NCBI RefSeq assembly: GCF_963921235.1
Contig: NC_086097.1
Span: forward strand, 59,708,001-59,772,000
DNA length: 64,000 bases
From: Mobula hypostoma
Lineage: Eukaryota
Reading direction: 5' to 3'
Below are positions 24,400 to 37,735 of the stretch, in pieces. The number at the start of each line of letters is the position of its first letter. The stretch's first letter is position 1. A model generated the notes under the pieces. That model saw only the letters and a list, made by a program, of their open reading frames with translations, was not told where the DNA came from and did not search any database. The position numbers were made by a program, and so were the translations under genes.

Positions 24400-26735
24400 T
24401 GCAGTGATACAAAATGCGTATCATTTTGGGGATTTCAACCGGGCCAGTATGAAGAAGTCTCCAAGTAACTACCAGCAAGAGATTACCTGTGGAACCAGAG
24501 GAATCAGCACACTTGACCATCGTTACACTACCAACAAGAATGCTTACCATACCATCCAATGCCCACACTTTGGAAAGTCTGATCACATGGCTGTACTTCT
24601 AGTCCCAGCTATAGGCAGAGACTAAAGGCTACAGCACCAGTGATGCGGACCAAGAAAGTATGGTCAGGGGAGGCAGAGGAGTACTCGTAAGTCTGCTTTG
24701 AGTCAGTGGACTGGACAATATTCAGGATTCATCTTTGAATCTGAATGAATATTCCACAGTTGTCATCAACTTCATCAAGACCTGTGCGGATGAGTGTGTG
24801 CCTTTGAGATCTTATCAGATGTACCAAAACAAAAAACCGTGGATGAAGCAGGAGATTCAAAATCTGCTGAGGACTAGATCTCTGGCATTGAAGATTAGTG
24901 ATTCAGAGCTATACAATAATTTCTGATATGACCAATGAAAAGCTATTGTAGAGTGAAAAACAATTCCGATTGGGGTTAGAGATTGAGCCTGATTCATAAC
25001 CATTCTGGCAGGGTTTTCAGGCCGGTACTTCCTAAAAAAAGAAACCTAACGTCATCATGGCTGTGACGTTTCACTCCCAAATGAGCTCAAAGCCCTTCAT
25101 GCAAGCTTTGAAAGGGAGAATAAAACGGCAGCTGTGTGAATTCCTTCAGCAGTTTGTGACTCTGTAATCTCTGTCTTGGAAACCAAAGTGAGAACATCGT
25201 TCAAGAGGGTGAACCCTTGCAAGGCATCAGGCACTGACGGTGTACCTGTAGAACTCTGAAAACCTTTGGCAAACCAACTGGTGGGTGTGTTCAAGGACTC
25301 CTTCAATACCTTACTGCTGCAAAGTTTTCCACCTGATACAAAAGGGCAACAATCATATCAGTGACCAAGAAGACAATGATGAGTTGCCTCAACCACTATC
25401 ACCCAGTGGCACTCACATCTACTATGATAAAATGCTTTGAGAGGTTGATCATGGATAGAATTAACTCCTGCCTAAGCAGTGATCTGGATCTGTTCCAATT
25501 TGCCTATCACCACATTAAGTTTACTATGGATGGAATCTCACCGGCTCACCAGTCAGTCTTGGATCACCTGCACAATAGTATTTTCTACATCAAGCAGCTA
25601 TTTATTGATTACAGCTCAGAGTTCAACACCATTATGCCCTCAGTTCTAATCAACAAGCTCCAAAATCTGAGCCTCTGTACCTCACTCTTCAACTGGATCC
25701 TTCACTTCCTCACGGGAAGATTACAGTCATTGTCGATCAGAAATAACATCGCCTCCTCGCTGACATTCAACCCTGGCGCACCTCGAGGATGTGTGCTTAG
25801 ACCATTGATCTACTTTCTCTACACACATGATTGTGTGAAAAGCACAACTCAAACACCATCTGTAAGCTTGCCCATGACACATCTATTGTTGGGAGAAATT
25901 CAGATGGTGACAAGGAGGCGTACAGGAGTGAGATAGATCAGCTAGTTGAGTGATGTTGTAACAACAATCTTGCATTCATTGTCAGTAAGACCACTGTGGA
26001 CTTCAGGAAGGGGAAGTCAAGGGAACACACAGCAGTCCTCATAGACAGATCAGCAGTGGAAAGAGTGAGCACTTTTAAGTTCTTGTATGTCAATATTCCT
26101 GAAGACCTATCCTGTACCCAACATATTGAATCAATTACAAAGGAGTCATGACAGTGGCTGCATTTCATTTGGAGTCTGAGTAGACATGGTATGTCACCAA
26201 AGACACTTGCAAGTTCCTATAGATAGACAGTGGAGAACATTTTAACTTGTTGCATCACTGTATGATATGGAGGGCCACTACAGGATCAGAAAAAGCTGTA
26301 GAAAATTGTAAACTCAGCCGGTTCCAGCATGGGCGCTGGCCTCCTCAGCATTAAGAGCACCTTCAAAAGTCGATGCCACGAACAGGTGGCATCCCATCAT
26401 TAAGAACCCCATCACCTAGGTGATGACCCCCTTCTCATTGCTACCATCAAAGAGGAGGTACAGGAGCCTGAAGACACACACACAATGTTTCAGGGACAGC
26501 TTCTTCCCCTCAGCCATCAGATTTCTGAATGAACAATGAATCCATGAAAACTACCTTACTATTTTTTCTCCCCTCTTTTTGCACTACCTGTTTGATTTTT
26601 TTTGTTCATATATACTTCCTGTTGTAATTTCTAGTTTTTTATTGTTATATATTGCAATGTGCTGCTGCCACAAAACAATAAATTTCATGACATGATACAT
26701 CCGTGATACTAAGTCTGACTCTAATTCTGATTTTG
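24400..26735 (+). mobile_element. Decayed Rex1/Babar LINE (endonuclease to 3' end)
   Basis: GDFN..TLDH.YTT..GKSDH; HPVALTSTMIKCFERL; LFIDYSSEFNTI; GAPRGCVL; tail tctgactctaattctgat. Confidence 0.9.
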
Positions 26736-28127
26736 CATGATAGGGGTATTAACTGGGCAGATCACCACTGTAGATACCAATGTCAGAATAGATACTTTGC
26801 CTGAATTTCTAGTCCCATGTTGGCAATTTATTTAAAACCTGAGTCAATTTGTGCAGCTAACAAGAAAGCTCAGGTAGAATGATGACGAGTGGTAGTTTGC
26901 TTGAAATTGATGGTTGAGATTTTGCACGGTATCTTGTAGTGCCGCTGTCTCATCTCCCACAGCTTTTAGCCAAAATGATATATTTGTCCATCACTTTATT
27001 TAATCTGTTTAATGTTAGTCCCACTCTATTTTCTTATTGTCAAATTATGCAGTATTTGATTTCATCTGCATAGTATCATCTTATTTTCTGGCAAGGATTG
27101 AAACATAAACACACAAGAATGATAAAACCAGAGAGAATTGAGGAGCCAGGACATTCGAACAGATGGTTTGGTGATCTGTTAGTACCTCCTACTCCAGTGA
27201 CTTCCTTTTCCACCTCATTATGGAGAACATTTTGAAGGAGAAAAGAAAATTCCTATCAAAGATATGGTAAAGACTTTGTATATTGGAGATACAAACAAGT
27301 TAAAATAGAAGGTAAAATATGTTTAATAATAAATTATAAAGAAGACAATCCATATTTGCCTGCTGGATATTATGCAAAGATTATATTCGACTGTCTTCAC
27401 AAATCTATTTGACTTGGTGCCATTTTTAGTCGTGGCACAAAATAAATTGGGCTCTGCTGACTAGCGCAGATGAGGATTTCTGCTAGTGTGAAATAAATCA
27501 CTGTGTCTGACTTAATTTTGGTTCCTTGTACCGGAATTATAACTGCAGCACTGATTGCTGCATTAACGCAGCACACACACACATACAAGATGCTATTTCA
27601 CACATTTACAGAGCTTTAACAAATCTTTCAAAAGCACATGTGGCAAATATCCAGGTCTGTGTCAATAAAATATAATGGAAAATGTGCTTTGGTTGAGCAT
27701 GTAAGACTTGCATGACTATGATAAGTGCTGACAATTTCTTCATAAAGCCTTCAATAAGAGGAAGTCTAACCAGAACCACCAGACAGTGTTTCGACTGCCA
27801 GTTCTTCCACCATCAATATCCTGGGAATCTCCATTTGCATTGCGGCTATACAAGGAGATCAGGAGGTTTGAACCTGTGACTACTCAAATCTCCTTTTATC
27901 CTGAGGATGTGAATGCTATCTTTCATTGTCCATCTGTAAGTGTCCTTGAACTGATGAGAAGCAAACAGTCAACCACTGTGGAGAAAGTCATGTTAGGGAG
28001 TAAGGAGAGCAGATTTTCTCCCCCGAAGGATATTAATGTACCAAAATGCCTTGGTTCCCAGTCACCATTACTACTTCAGAACTTTATTCCATATTTATTT
28101 TCTCACTTGAATTTGTATTTCCCTGTG

Positions 28128-28323
28128 ACACACATCAAAGTTGCTGGTGAACGCAGCAGGCCAGGCAGCATCTGTAGGAAGAGGTGCAGTCGACGTTTCA
28201 GACCGAGACCCTTCGTCGACTGCACCTCTTCCTACAGATGCTGCCTGACCTGCTGCGTTCACCAGCAACTTTGGTGTGTGTCGCTTGAATTTCCAGCATC
28301 TGCAGAATTCCTGTTTGCGTTTA
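28128..28323. mobile_element. Fold-back (head-to-head inverted) PLE terminal insertion
   Basis: 69-bp arms 28127-28195 and 28214-28282 (67/69 complementary), 18-nt loop; TSD tatttccctgtg (28116-28127) / tatttccccgtg (28324-28335). Confidence 0.88.
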
Positions 28324-28384
28324 TATTTCCCCGTGGTTGGATTCCAAATAGCACTTCCAGGTACATGGCCCAGGTCTCTGGATA

Positions 28385-28995
28385 GAATCCGAATCAATGT
28401 TTATTTTTCTCTGACATATGACATGAAATTTGTCATTTTGCAGCAACAGTCATTGCAAAGATATAAAAATCTCTTAATTACAAAAATAAATAGAATAAAA
28501 CAAAACGAACAACAAGGTAGTGTTCATGAGTACGTGGACCTCTCAGAAACCTGACGGTGGAGGTGAAAGAGCTGTTCCGAAATCATTGAGAATGGATCTT
28601 CAGATTTATTTATTTTTCACATGTACCTCAAAGCATACAGTACAGTGAAGAGCATGTCAGCCAACCCAATGTAATGATATGCAGGGGGCAGCCCGTAAGT
28701 ATCACCACACACTCCTGCGCCATCACTGCATGTCACAATGTTGAACTGAGAGAGGAGAAGAATGGTCAAAGACCAAGAATGGTATCAGCCCCATGGTTCA
28801 CAGAGCAGCGAGCTCCTGTACCTCCGTCCTGGTGGTAGTAGTGAGAAGTGGGCATGCCCAGATGGTGGGGGTCATTAGTAATTGATGCCAGCTTCTTGAG
28901 GCACTGACTCTTGAAGAGATACTCAATGGTGGGAAGGGTTGTGACCCTGATGGGGCTGGATGAGTCGAAAACCCCCTTCAGCTTCTTTCACTCCC
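28385..28995 (-). mobile_element. Rex1-like 3' fragment with an internal insertion (~28603-28810)
   Basis: Antisense of the 3' region of the Rex1 copy at 26300-26735; the sequence resumes at ctcctgtacctcc. Confidence 0.65.
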
Positions 28996-29214
28996 ATCCA
29001 AGTCACATGTCTTTCTGAACGGGAATTATATTTGCTGTGGCTTTACAATTACTGTTTTCTAATCCTGTAATTCCTGACCTGGAATAGTGTGGGAGAAAGT
29101 TAACCACATAGTCTATGGCTATTCAAGAAGATGCTTCCCATTACTTTCTATTAGGTGTTGGCTGTATCAGAACACTTTTACTGTGTGATTTAATAAAGGA
29201 ATAATGGGCCAGTA

Positions 29215-29560
29215 GTCACTGGACCTCACTGAAACCTACCTAATATTGAAAGAACTTGATAGAGTGGACATGGAGAAGATCTTTCTAATAATTGAAGGGT
29301 CTAGGACCAGAGAGCACAACCACAGCATAGAAGAGCATCCTATTAAAACAGAGATGAGGAGGAATTTGTTTAGCAATTCATTGCTGCCGGCAACGGTGGA
29401 GGCCAAGATATTGGGTATATTTAAAGCAGAGACTGATAGCTTATTGATTGGTAAGGGTATCAAAGGTTACCGGGAGAAGGCAGGAACATGGGTTCAGAGG
29501 GGAAAATAAATCAGTCACGATCGAATGGTGGAACAGACTTGATGGGCCAAATGTTCTAAT
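29215..29560 (+). mobile_element. CR1 3' fragment
   Basis: LDRVDMEKIF..GSRTREH..IKTEMRRNLFS followed by CR1 3' UTR. Confidence 0.8.
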
Positions 29561-30278
29561 TAAAGATCTTTTTAACATTTTGCAACTCAGCAGGGGTACT
29601 CTTCACAATTTTTGCATGGTCTGTTAGTTATTTTCATAGAAAATTATGTAAATAAAGGACCTTGAAGAAGGCTTCCAATTACCCCCAGTGGGATAGTGAG
29701 AAACATTTTTCTGCTTTTTATCACAGCATCACCCCTGAGAGCCTTCAATAATATTTAAATCTTCTTTGTTTAGTCAGTCTATTCAACTGTGGACAGTACT
29801 GTCAAAGCAGAACCAAAATATAATATCAGTTCTCTGTTGAATATGTTTTCTTAATCAACATCAACCTGTATGACAAAGCTCCTGGTAATGCTGGTCATTT
29901 ATTCTGGCCATCTAGCCACTCTTTAATTTTCCATGCTGACAACAGGAAGATATTATTAATCCAACATCCATTTTCACTGTTGCCTGTCAGAGACAAATGA
30001 AGCTGAGGGCTACCTTCATCTCTCATGTGGTTAAAAATATTAACATTATAGGCATTCAGCACATGAATACTAAGAATGAGTGGGCTTTTATGATTGTTAC
30101 AACGTTGAACAATTACCACAAGAAATAACAGCGTCTGTTATAATTTCTGTGGAAGTGACAGCAACTTTGGAATTCTGTGGTTTAGTTTAATGTGGAAATC
30201 TTACTGATATTTCCACTCTCATGCACATCCTCCTCATCTTGAGTTATAGAAATTAGTTAATTTATATCAGTATTTACA

Positions 30279-30946
30279 TGTATGGGGTTTCTTCTTTTAT
30301 GTTTCTGTGTAGGCTAATTAAATGGCTTCTTTGTTATGTTAACTGCTGAGAAAGTTCTCTCGCTAGCAGCTTGTTTGGGTTACAGAGCAAGTTGTATTCC
30401 GTTGCTAACCAATTGGGATAGATGTTATTTTTTTTTGTGTGTCTGTAAGCTATTGTATGCGCGGGTTTTTGGGCAGAAGGCGCGATGAGGAGACAGAGAT
30501 TGGACACGATGCTGTGAGCTGGTCGACGGGCAGGCCCTGAGCTGGAGTCCGAGGTCCAGGGTCTTCGGCGAGGAGAGGAGATGAAGACAGACTCGTATGG
30601 AGCGTTTGGTTGACCACCGTGGTTGGTCCCAGGCGGAGGTTCGAGGTGGTCGGAGGGGATTGAATGGTGGAGAGCTCCAACTGTTGTGCACGAAGTGGTT
30701 GAACTTTGGTAAGTTTGGCGCCTTTAACTTTCCTTTTATTTTTCATCTCTATTAATTACATAGTTCCAGTAATATCTATAAATTGTAATCATTTAATCGT
30801 ATCTGGTGTAGTGTCTGTTATTTGGCGGGGTGGGGTACATCATACAGCATCCACACAAACTTAATTACCCAGTTTGGCGGGGTCGAAGGCTGCTTCCCCT
30901 AAACGACAGTGAGTTGAGCGAGCCTGAGGCTTACCAGGGGGCTACA
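30279..30946 (+). mobile_element. Solo LTR (668 bp), Gypsy family related to 13679-14149
   Basis: TGTA...TACA termini; perfect 4-bp TSD taca (30275-30278, 30947-30950); shares atctctattaattacata-ttccagtaa with the 13.9 kb LTR. Confidence 0.88.
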
Positions 30947-31984
30947 TACAAATTATTTGATTTAGTACAAAGCAGTTTGTTGCACTAAGTCCACCTTAAT
31001 TTTTAATGGTCTGCTAGTCCAATATTAATATTTAACAAATTATCTGCTCCTAAAAAAAGTATTTTTTGACTGTTGATTGTAATTCCTTTACTCTTTTACA
31101 TTATATTTAATATGCAACATTTTCAAAATAATCTGGTAAAATATTCATTCTATTTATGATGTTTCCATTTCTATCACAATACTCTGCTGATGTTCCATAT
31201 TTTATTTTGCTTCTTGTGAAGGATTTGTCATCATACTGAGGCATTCATATATTTAAAATGTATACAGCTCCTGAGAAAACATGCCAGTTTTCTGTGAGAC
31301 TGAGACTTTCTGACAGGTGGTGAAATAATATCCATACCATGGCCTCCAATCTAACATTTCAGCTGAATAGGATTTGATAAAAATTGTCGTTCCTTGACTG
31401 GTGTCTGAAACACTTCTTTGATGCATATGGCTGTCGATTTCTGCAGGTGACAAGATGGTCGAATTTACCCCAATGTCTTTAGCCTGAGTGATTCTCCAGA
31501 CCCGTCATAGCAGTTGTCAAACATGCCTGATAGCATCCAAGATTGGGAAATTATGTTCCCAATAATGCAGTTTTCTGTTTAGGGAAGGTTCAAGGAAAAA
31601 TCCAAGCTTAATTGTTTTTCTACCATGGTCCACTCTCCTCTCCTATCAGATTCCTTCATCTTTAGCCCCTTTCCTTTTGCACTTATCACCTCTCAGCTAC
31701 TCATTTCATCTCCCTCCCCCACCCACCTACCTTTCCCCTCAACTTAATTCTTTATTTCATTAGAAAATGTGACATAGAAATTCAATTAACAACAGTAACA
31801 TGAACTACACCTTAAAATAAAATAAAAAATCAACAGATATCAAAAACATAATTGTTTAATTGGACATTCTGAATCAAAGAGCAAATACCTTATGTTACTA
31901 AGAAAATATTATTGAGCACTAATAAAGTGCAAACGAATGGAATGTTGTTTATCTATTATGAGAAGTTTATCATATCTCGTATCC

Positions 31985-34900
31985 CATCAAGTCTCATCTG
32001 CCATTCCCATTCTCCAGCTTTACCCATGTAACCTTTGAAACCCAACCCAATCAAGAAACTATCAACCTTGCTTTAAATAGATCCAATAACTATCAACCTT
32101 GCTTTAAATATATCCAATGACTTGGCTTCCACAGCTGTCTGTGACAATGAATTCCACAGATTCACCACCCTCTGGCTAAAGAAATTCCTCCTCATCTCCG
32201 TTCTATACTGAGGCTGAGCCCTTTGGTCTAAGACTCCCCCACAATAGGAAGCATCCTTTCCACATCCATTCTATCCAGACCTTTCAATATTCAATACGTT
32301 TCCATGTTTCTATCTTCTTTTTTTTCTGAACTCTAGTGAATACAGCACTTTTTTTTGCCAGAGTCATTCTCCTGAGTCATTTTGCCCGACGCCAGCCCCT
32401 TAGGCCTGAGTCGACGTAGTAGTAGTAGCAGTAGTAGTAGTAGCATTCTCCTGAGACTCCTCAGGACTCTCTCCAAAGCCATCATATCTTTTCTTAGATT
32501 ACAGACCCAAAAGTGCTCACAATACTCCAAGGGCAATCTGACCAATGTCTTATAAAGGCTCAGCATTACATCCTTGCCTTTATATTCTAGTCCACTCAAA
32601 ATGAATGCCAGCATTTCATTTGCTTTCCTTACCACTAACTCAATCTGCAAGTTAATCTTTAGGGAGTTCTGCACAAGAACTCCCAAGTCCCTTTGTACCT
32701 CTAATTTTTGAATCTTCTCCCCATTTCGAAAATTGTCTATGCCTTTATTCCTTCTACCAAAATGCATGATCATACATTTCCCGACATTATACTCCATCTG
32801 CCACTTATTTGCCCATTTTCCTAATTTGTCTAAGTCCTTTTGCAGACTCTCTGCTTCCTGAATATTTCCTACCCATCTACTTATCTTCATATCATCCACA
32901 AACATGGCCACAAAGCCATTGATGTCATCATCCAAATCATTAACATAGAATGTGAAAAGCAGCAGTCTAACACCGACCCCTGTGGAACACCACTAACTAC
33001 CGGCAACCTATTCTTTGCCTCCCATTGATTAGCCAATCTTCTATCCATTCAAGTATCTCTCCTGTAATATCATGTGTTCTTATCTTGTTTTGCTGCCTTT
33101 TGTGTGGCACCTTGTGAAAGGCCTTCTGAAAATCCTAGTACGCATCATTCATTGACTCTCTTTTGCCTATCCTGTCTGTTATATGCTCAAAGAATTCCAA
33201 CAGATTTGTCAGGCAAGATTTTCCCTTCAGGAAACTATGCTGGCTTTGGCATATTTTATCACATGCTTCCAATTAGCCTGAAAACTCATCCTTAATAATG
33301 GACTCCAACATTTTTCCCAACACTGAGGTCAGGCAAACAAGTAAATAACTTTCATTTTTTTTCTACCTCCTTCCCTTCTTAAAGACTGGAATGATATTTG
33401 CAATTGTCTAGTCCTCCGGAACTATTCCTTAATCTAAAGATTCTTGAAGCATCACTATTAATTCCTCCACAATCTCTTCTGCTACCTCTTTCAGAACCCT
33501 GGGATGCAGTGCATCTGATCCAGGTGACTTGTATGTCTTCAAACATTTTAGCTTCCCAAGCACCTTCTCCTTAGCAATAGCAATACATTCACTTCTGCCC
33601 CCTAATACTCCAGAATTTCTGGCATACCACCAGACTCTTCCATGGTGAAGACAGATGCAAAATACTTATTGAGTTTCCATTGCCTCCCACCATTAACTCT
33701 ATAGTGTTATTTATCTGCGGTCTAATATTCACTCTCATCCCTCATTTACTCTATATATTAAAAAAAAATCTTGTTTCCTTTTTATAATATTGGCTTCCCT
33801 TTATAGTTCATCTTTTATCTCTTTATGGCTTTTTAGTTGCCTTCTGCTCGTTTTTAAAAGCTTCCCAATCCCCTAACTTCCCTGTAATTTTGCTATAATA
33901 CATACTCTCTCTTTTGCTTTTATGCTGTCTTTGACTTCCCTTATCCACCATGGTTGCCTTATTCTCCCCTTAGAATACTTCTTCTTCTTTGTGTTAAATC
34001 TATCCTTTGCCTTTAAAGTGCTCCCAGAAACTTCAGCCAATGCTGTTCTGTCATCCTCCCTGCTAGTGTTCCCTTCCAATCAACTTTGGTGAGCTCCACC
34101 TCCCCCATGTCTGTCTCTTTACTCCACTGTAATACTGATGCATCCCCCTCTCAAGGTGCAGAGTGAATTCTATCAAATAGTGATCACTTCTTCCTAATTG
34201 GTCCTTTACCCTAAACTCTCTAATCAAACCTGGTTCATTACACAGCACCCAAACCAGAATTGCCTTGTTGCTGCTGGGCTAACCATAAGCTGCTCTAAAA
34301 AGCCGTCTCATTGGCATTCTACAAGTTTTCTCTCTTGGGATCCAGCATCAGCTTAATTTTCCCAATCCCCCATAACAATCGTAAAATTTCCCCTTTTACA
34401 TACCTTCTCTATCTCCCATTTAAATTTGTACTCTATATCCTGGCTACTGTTCAGAAGCCTGCATATAATTCTCTTCAGGGCCTTTTTACCCTTGCAATTT
34501 CTGAAATTTCCTACAAGGATTTTACATCTTACAATCCTATATCACCTTTTTATAAGGATTTTATTTTATTTTTTTTTTGCCAGCTGAGCCACCTAATCTC
34601 TCTGCCTCCCTGCCTATCCTTTTAATACAATGTGTATCCTTGGATGTTAAGCTCCCAACTATGGGCCTGACTCAAGGATGCCCATGCCTGCCCATCGCAA
34701 AGTGTGCTACAAGAACATCTACCTTATTCCGTAAGGCTAGACCTTCAAATATAACAGCTTCAGCCCTGCTTTCATCATCCTTTTTGATTTTGCTCCACAT
34801 GACACTTCTTCTCATTCCACTAACTGTAATTTTGCCCTATCATCTGTCTGTCCTTCTCTCACAGTCTTTCTACACACTGCATCGACTTCTGTATCAACTG

Positions 34901-35870
34901 CTCCATCTTCAGTCTGATCACTCTGGTTCTTATCCCCCTGCCAAATTAGTTTAAACCCTCCCCAACAGCTCTAGCAAAACTGCCCACGAGAATATTGCTG
35001 CCCCTCAAGTTCAGTTGTAATCTGTCTTTTTTGTACAGATCACACCTTCCCCAGAAGAGATTCTAGTGATACAAAAATCTGAATCTCTGCCCCCTGCACC
35101 AATTCCTCAGCAATTAATTCATCTATCAAATCTTACTATTCTTCCATCACTAGGTATGGCATAGGCAGCAATCCAGAGATTACTACCCTCGAGGTTCTGT
35201 TTTTCAGCTTTCTACCTAACTCTCTGTATTCTCTCTTCAGGACCTCCTCCCTTTTCTTACCTTTGTCATTAGTTGTACGTGACTTCTGGCTATTCCTCTT
35301 CCCCCTTTAGAATGCTTTGGAGCCATACCAAGACATCCCTAATCCTGGTCACATCCCATCGAGGTGTCTCTTCCCTGTGCACAGAATCTTCTGTCTGCTC
35401 CTCTGAATTCCTACAACTACTGCATTCCTCTTCTACCCGCTTCCCTTCTGAGCCACAGAACCAGAGTCAGTGCCAGAGACCCGGTCGCTATTGCTTCCTG
35501 TGGTAGGATATCCCCCTCAACACTGTCCAAAGTGGTATACTTATTATTGAGGAGAGCAGCTACAGGGGTACTCTGCATTGACTGCCTATTACCTTTCACT
35601 GTCCTGTCTGTCACCCAGCTACCTGCCTCCTGCAACATAGGGGTGACTACCTCTCTGTGACTTCTATCTACCACCTCCTCATTCACCCATATGAGCTGAA
35701 GGTCATCCAGCTGCAGCTCTAGTTCCTTAGCACAGACTCTAAGGAATTGCAGCTCGATGCATATTGTGCAGACCTGGTTATCAGGGAGACTGAACGTCTC
35801 CCAGATTTCCCACATCTTATCTGAAGAATGGCACAAGCCCTAGATCCATTCTTAATGCACTAGCTATGTA
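31985..35870 (-). mobile_element. Decayed near full-length CR1 LINE
   Basis: ORF1 N-terminus (MWEIWET..VCTICIELQFL..LELQLDDL), endonuclease (GRSDH), RT (MFVDD..KWQMEYNVGKC), 3' UTR. Confidence 0.9.
32377..32443 (+). mobile_element. 67-bp 5'-truncated retroposon with (TAG)n tail
   Basis: Flanked by perfect 12-bp TSD cattctcctgag (32365-32376, 32444-32455). Confidence 0.85.
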
Positions 35871-36379
35871 TTGATCAACAAAGACAGAGACAAGAAAACT
35901 CTCTGGAGCTTGCTTAGAGCATGTTCTCATTGAAGCCTGATGAGCCATCCCTCTGCCAAATTAATTTAAACCAGAAATCGAAAACTCTGAGCCCTGCACC
36001 AGTTCTTCAGCCCTGCACTTATCTGCTAAAGGATCCTATTCTTACCCTCACTGGCCCACTATCAGTTCATAGGGCCTCATTTAAAGCGGCTTTTAGGTTA
36101 TCTTCCCACATTACTGCAATGATGGATAATTTAATCATCATTACAATTGCATTTACTCTTTTACATTATTTTCCTCTCTCCTTTCCCCAGCAGGTGAAGG
36201 TTAAGGTATCACAATCCCAAGTGTTGTTAGTACTCTAAGGTTGTCACTTGCATTAAAATAGATGCAGTTTAGCTTAGCCATCCTGCATATGTATGATTTT
36301 GCCCATGTCTGTTCCGCCTACTGGACTGATCTAGCTTTTCTTCTATATTTGATGGTACCTCACTCCCAGTTGTGGACTT

Positions 36380-36780
36380 AGCTGTATTCCATTCTGCCAA
36401 ATTAGTTTAGAACCAGCATACAAGGATATTGGATTCACTCCAGTTCTGATACAATCCATACTGCTCATACAGGCATCACCTACAGTAGAAATGTTCTCAG
36501 TAATCCAAAAACCTAATGTTGTCCATCTTGCATCATTCTTTTTGTCATGCATCATCTGACTTTCCTCCTTTTCTGATGCTCTGACATTCTGCTCTTTGTT
36601 ATGCTATCCATCGTCCTAAATTCATGCTGCAGGAACTTGTCCCTTTTTTGTCTTTTTTGTTGATACAGACATGTACCACAGCCACAGCCTTTTCACCCTT
36701 CATTTTCAGAATGTCCTGCAACAACATCCTTAGCTTCAGTACAGGGAGAAAGCACACCTTTCAAGAATCTCATTTATAGA
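36380..36780 (-). mobile_element. Old CR1 ORF1 fragment
   Basis: ctgccaaattagttta and downstream sequence resemble the ORF1 3' end in the CR1 at 34940-35350. Confidence 0.5.
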
Positions 36781-37319
36781 TGCACAGATCAGTTATGTAG
36801 TCAGACCTTTCACATCATGTTAATACTATACTGAAACAAATGAACAGCTGAAGAGGTTTGACAGGAACAATTTTCCTGACTGTATAGCTTTAGGAGCTCT
36901 TACTGAGAATACACAATTGCTTCCATATCTGGAATGAGACCTGGGATGCCACGGTAGCATAGCATTTAGTGCAATCTCTTTACAGCACCAATGATTACCG
37001 ATCAGAATAATGCTCCTCACAAACAGTCGACAAGACTGTTGATGTAACGCCTCTCCCAATTCCATTGCAGCAGCGTTGATTCAAATGCTATAAATGGAAA
37101 TGGAAAGATGTGGTCATCTACCTAACAACAAATGCAGGCTATGGACATGAGGATACTGTGAAGAAAAAACACAATGCAATACTGTGTTATATTCATCTGA
37201 GGACTGAATTTACAGATGTGGTCAGATAAAACTTGGTTTACGTAGAGCATAGATCATAGAATTTATAACAATACATTCCCATGCCAACATGTCTAACCAT
37301 GACCTCCTCCCCTGCCACA

Positions 37320-37735
37320 TTGCTCCCAAACTCAGGTTGGAGTAGCAACTCTTCATATTCCTTGCCTCCAGCCAGTTGGTATGAATGTCAACACCTTCAA
37401 CTTCTGGTAATTATTCCTCCCACATCCCCCCATCTCTTTTTCCATTCACCATTCTGGTTACCCTCTCACCCCTTCTCTTCTCCTCACCTGCCCACGAGCT
37501 CCTTTTGGCTCCCATCCTCCTTCTATGGTCCATTGTCTTCTTCTATTAGAATCCTCCTTCAGCCTTTTTTCACCTGTCACCCCCCAGTGTTCTACTTTAT
37601 TCTCCCCCCTCCACCCACCTCAGCCGGTTTGACCTATCACCTGCAAAATTATACTCCACCCCCTTCCACCAACTTCTTATTCTGACTTCTTGCTCCTTCT
37701 TTACCAGTTCTGATGAAGGTTTGCCTGTAACTTCT
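37320..37735 (+). mobile_element. PLE 3' fragment (end of GIY-YIG region, pyrimidine tract, decayed hammerhead)
   Basis: ctcaggttggagtagcaac..ggtatgaatgtcaac..caacttctggtaa matches the ORF end of the 52 kb PLE; ctgatgaagg at 37710. Confidence 0.7.

Noticed and set aside
27786..28385. 199-aa ORF
   Set aside because: Runs across decayed repeats and the PLE fold-back; no protein motif.
30279..30946. 3' LTR of the 13.7 kb Gypsy element
   Set aside because: It has its own TSD and differs in length and sequence from the 5' LTR.
31253..31570. Possible exon or pogo-like transposase remnant (LHYWEHNFPILDAIRHV on the - strand)
   Set aside because: Too short, flanked by stops, with no supporting motifs or TIRs.
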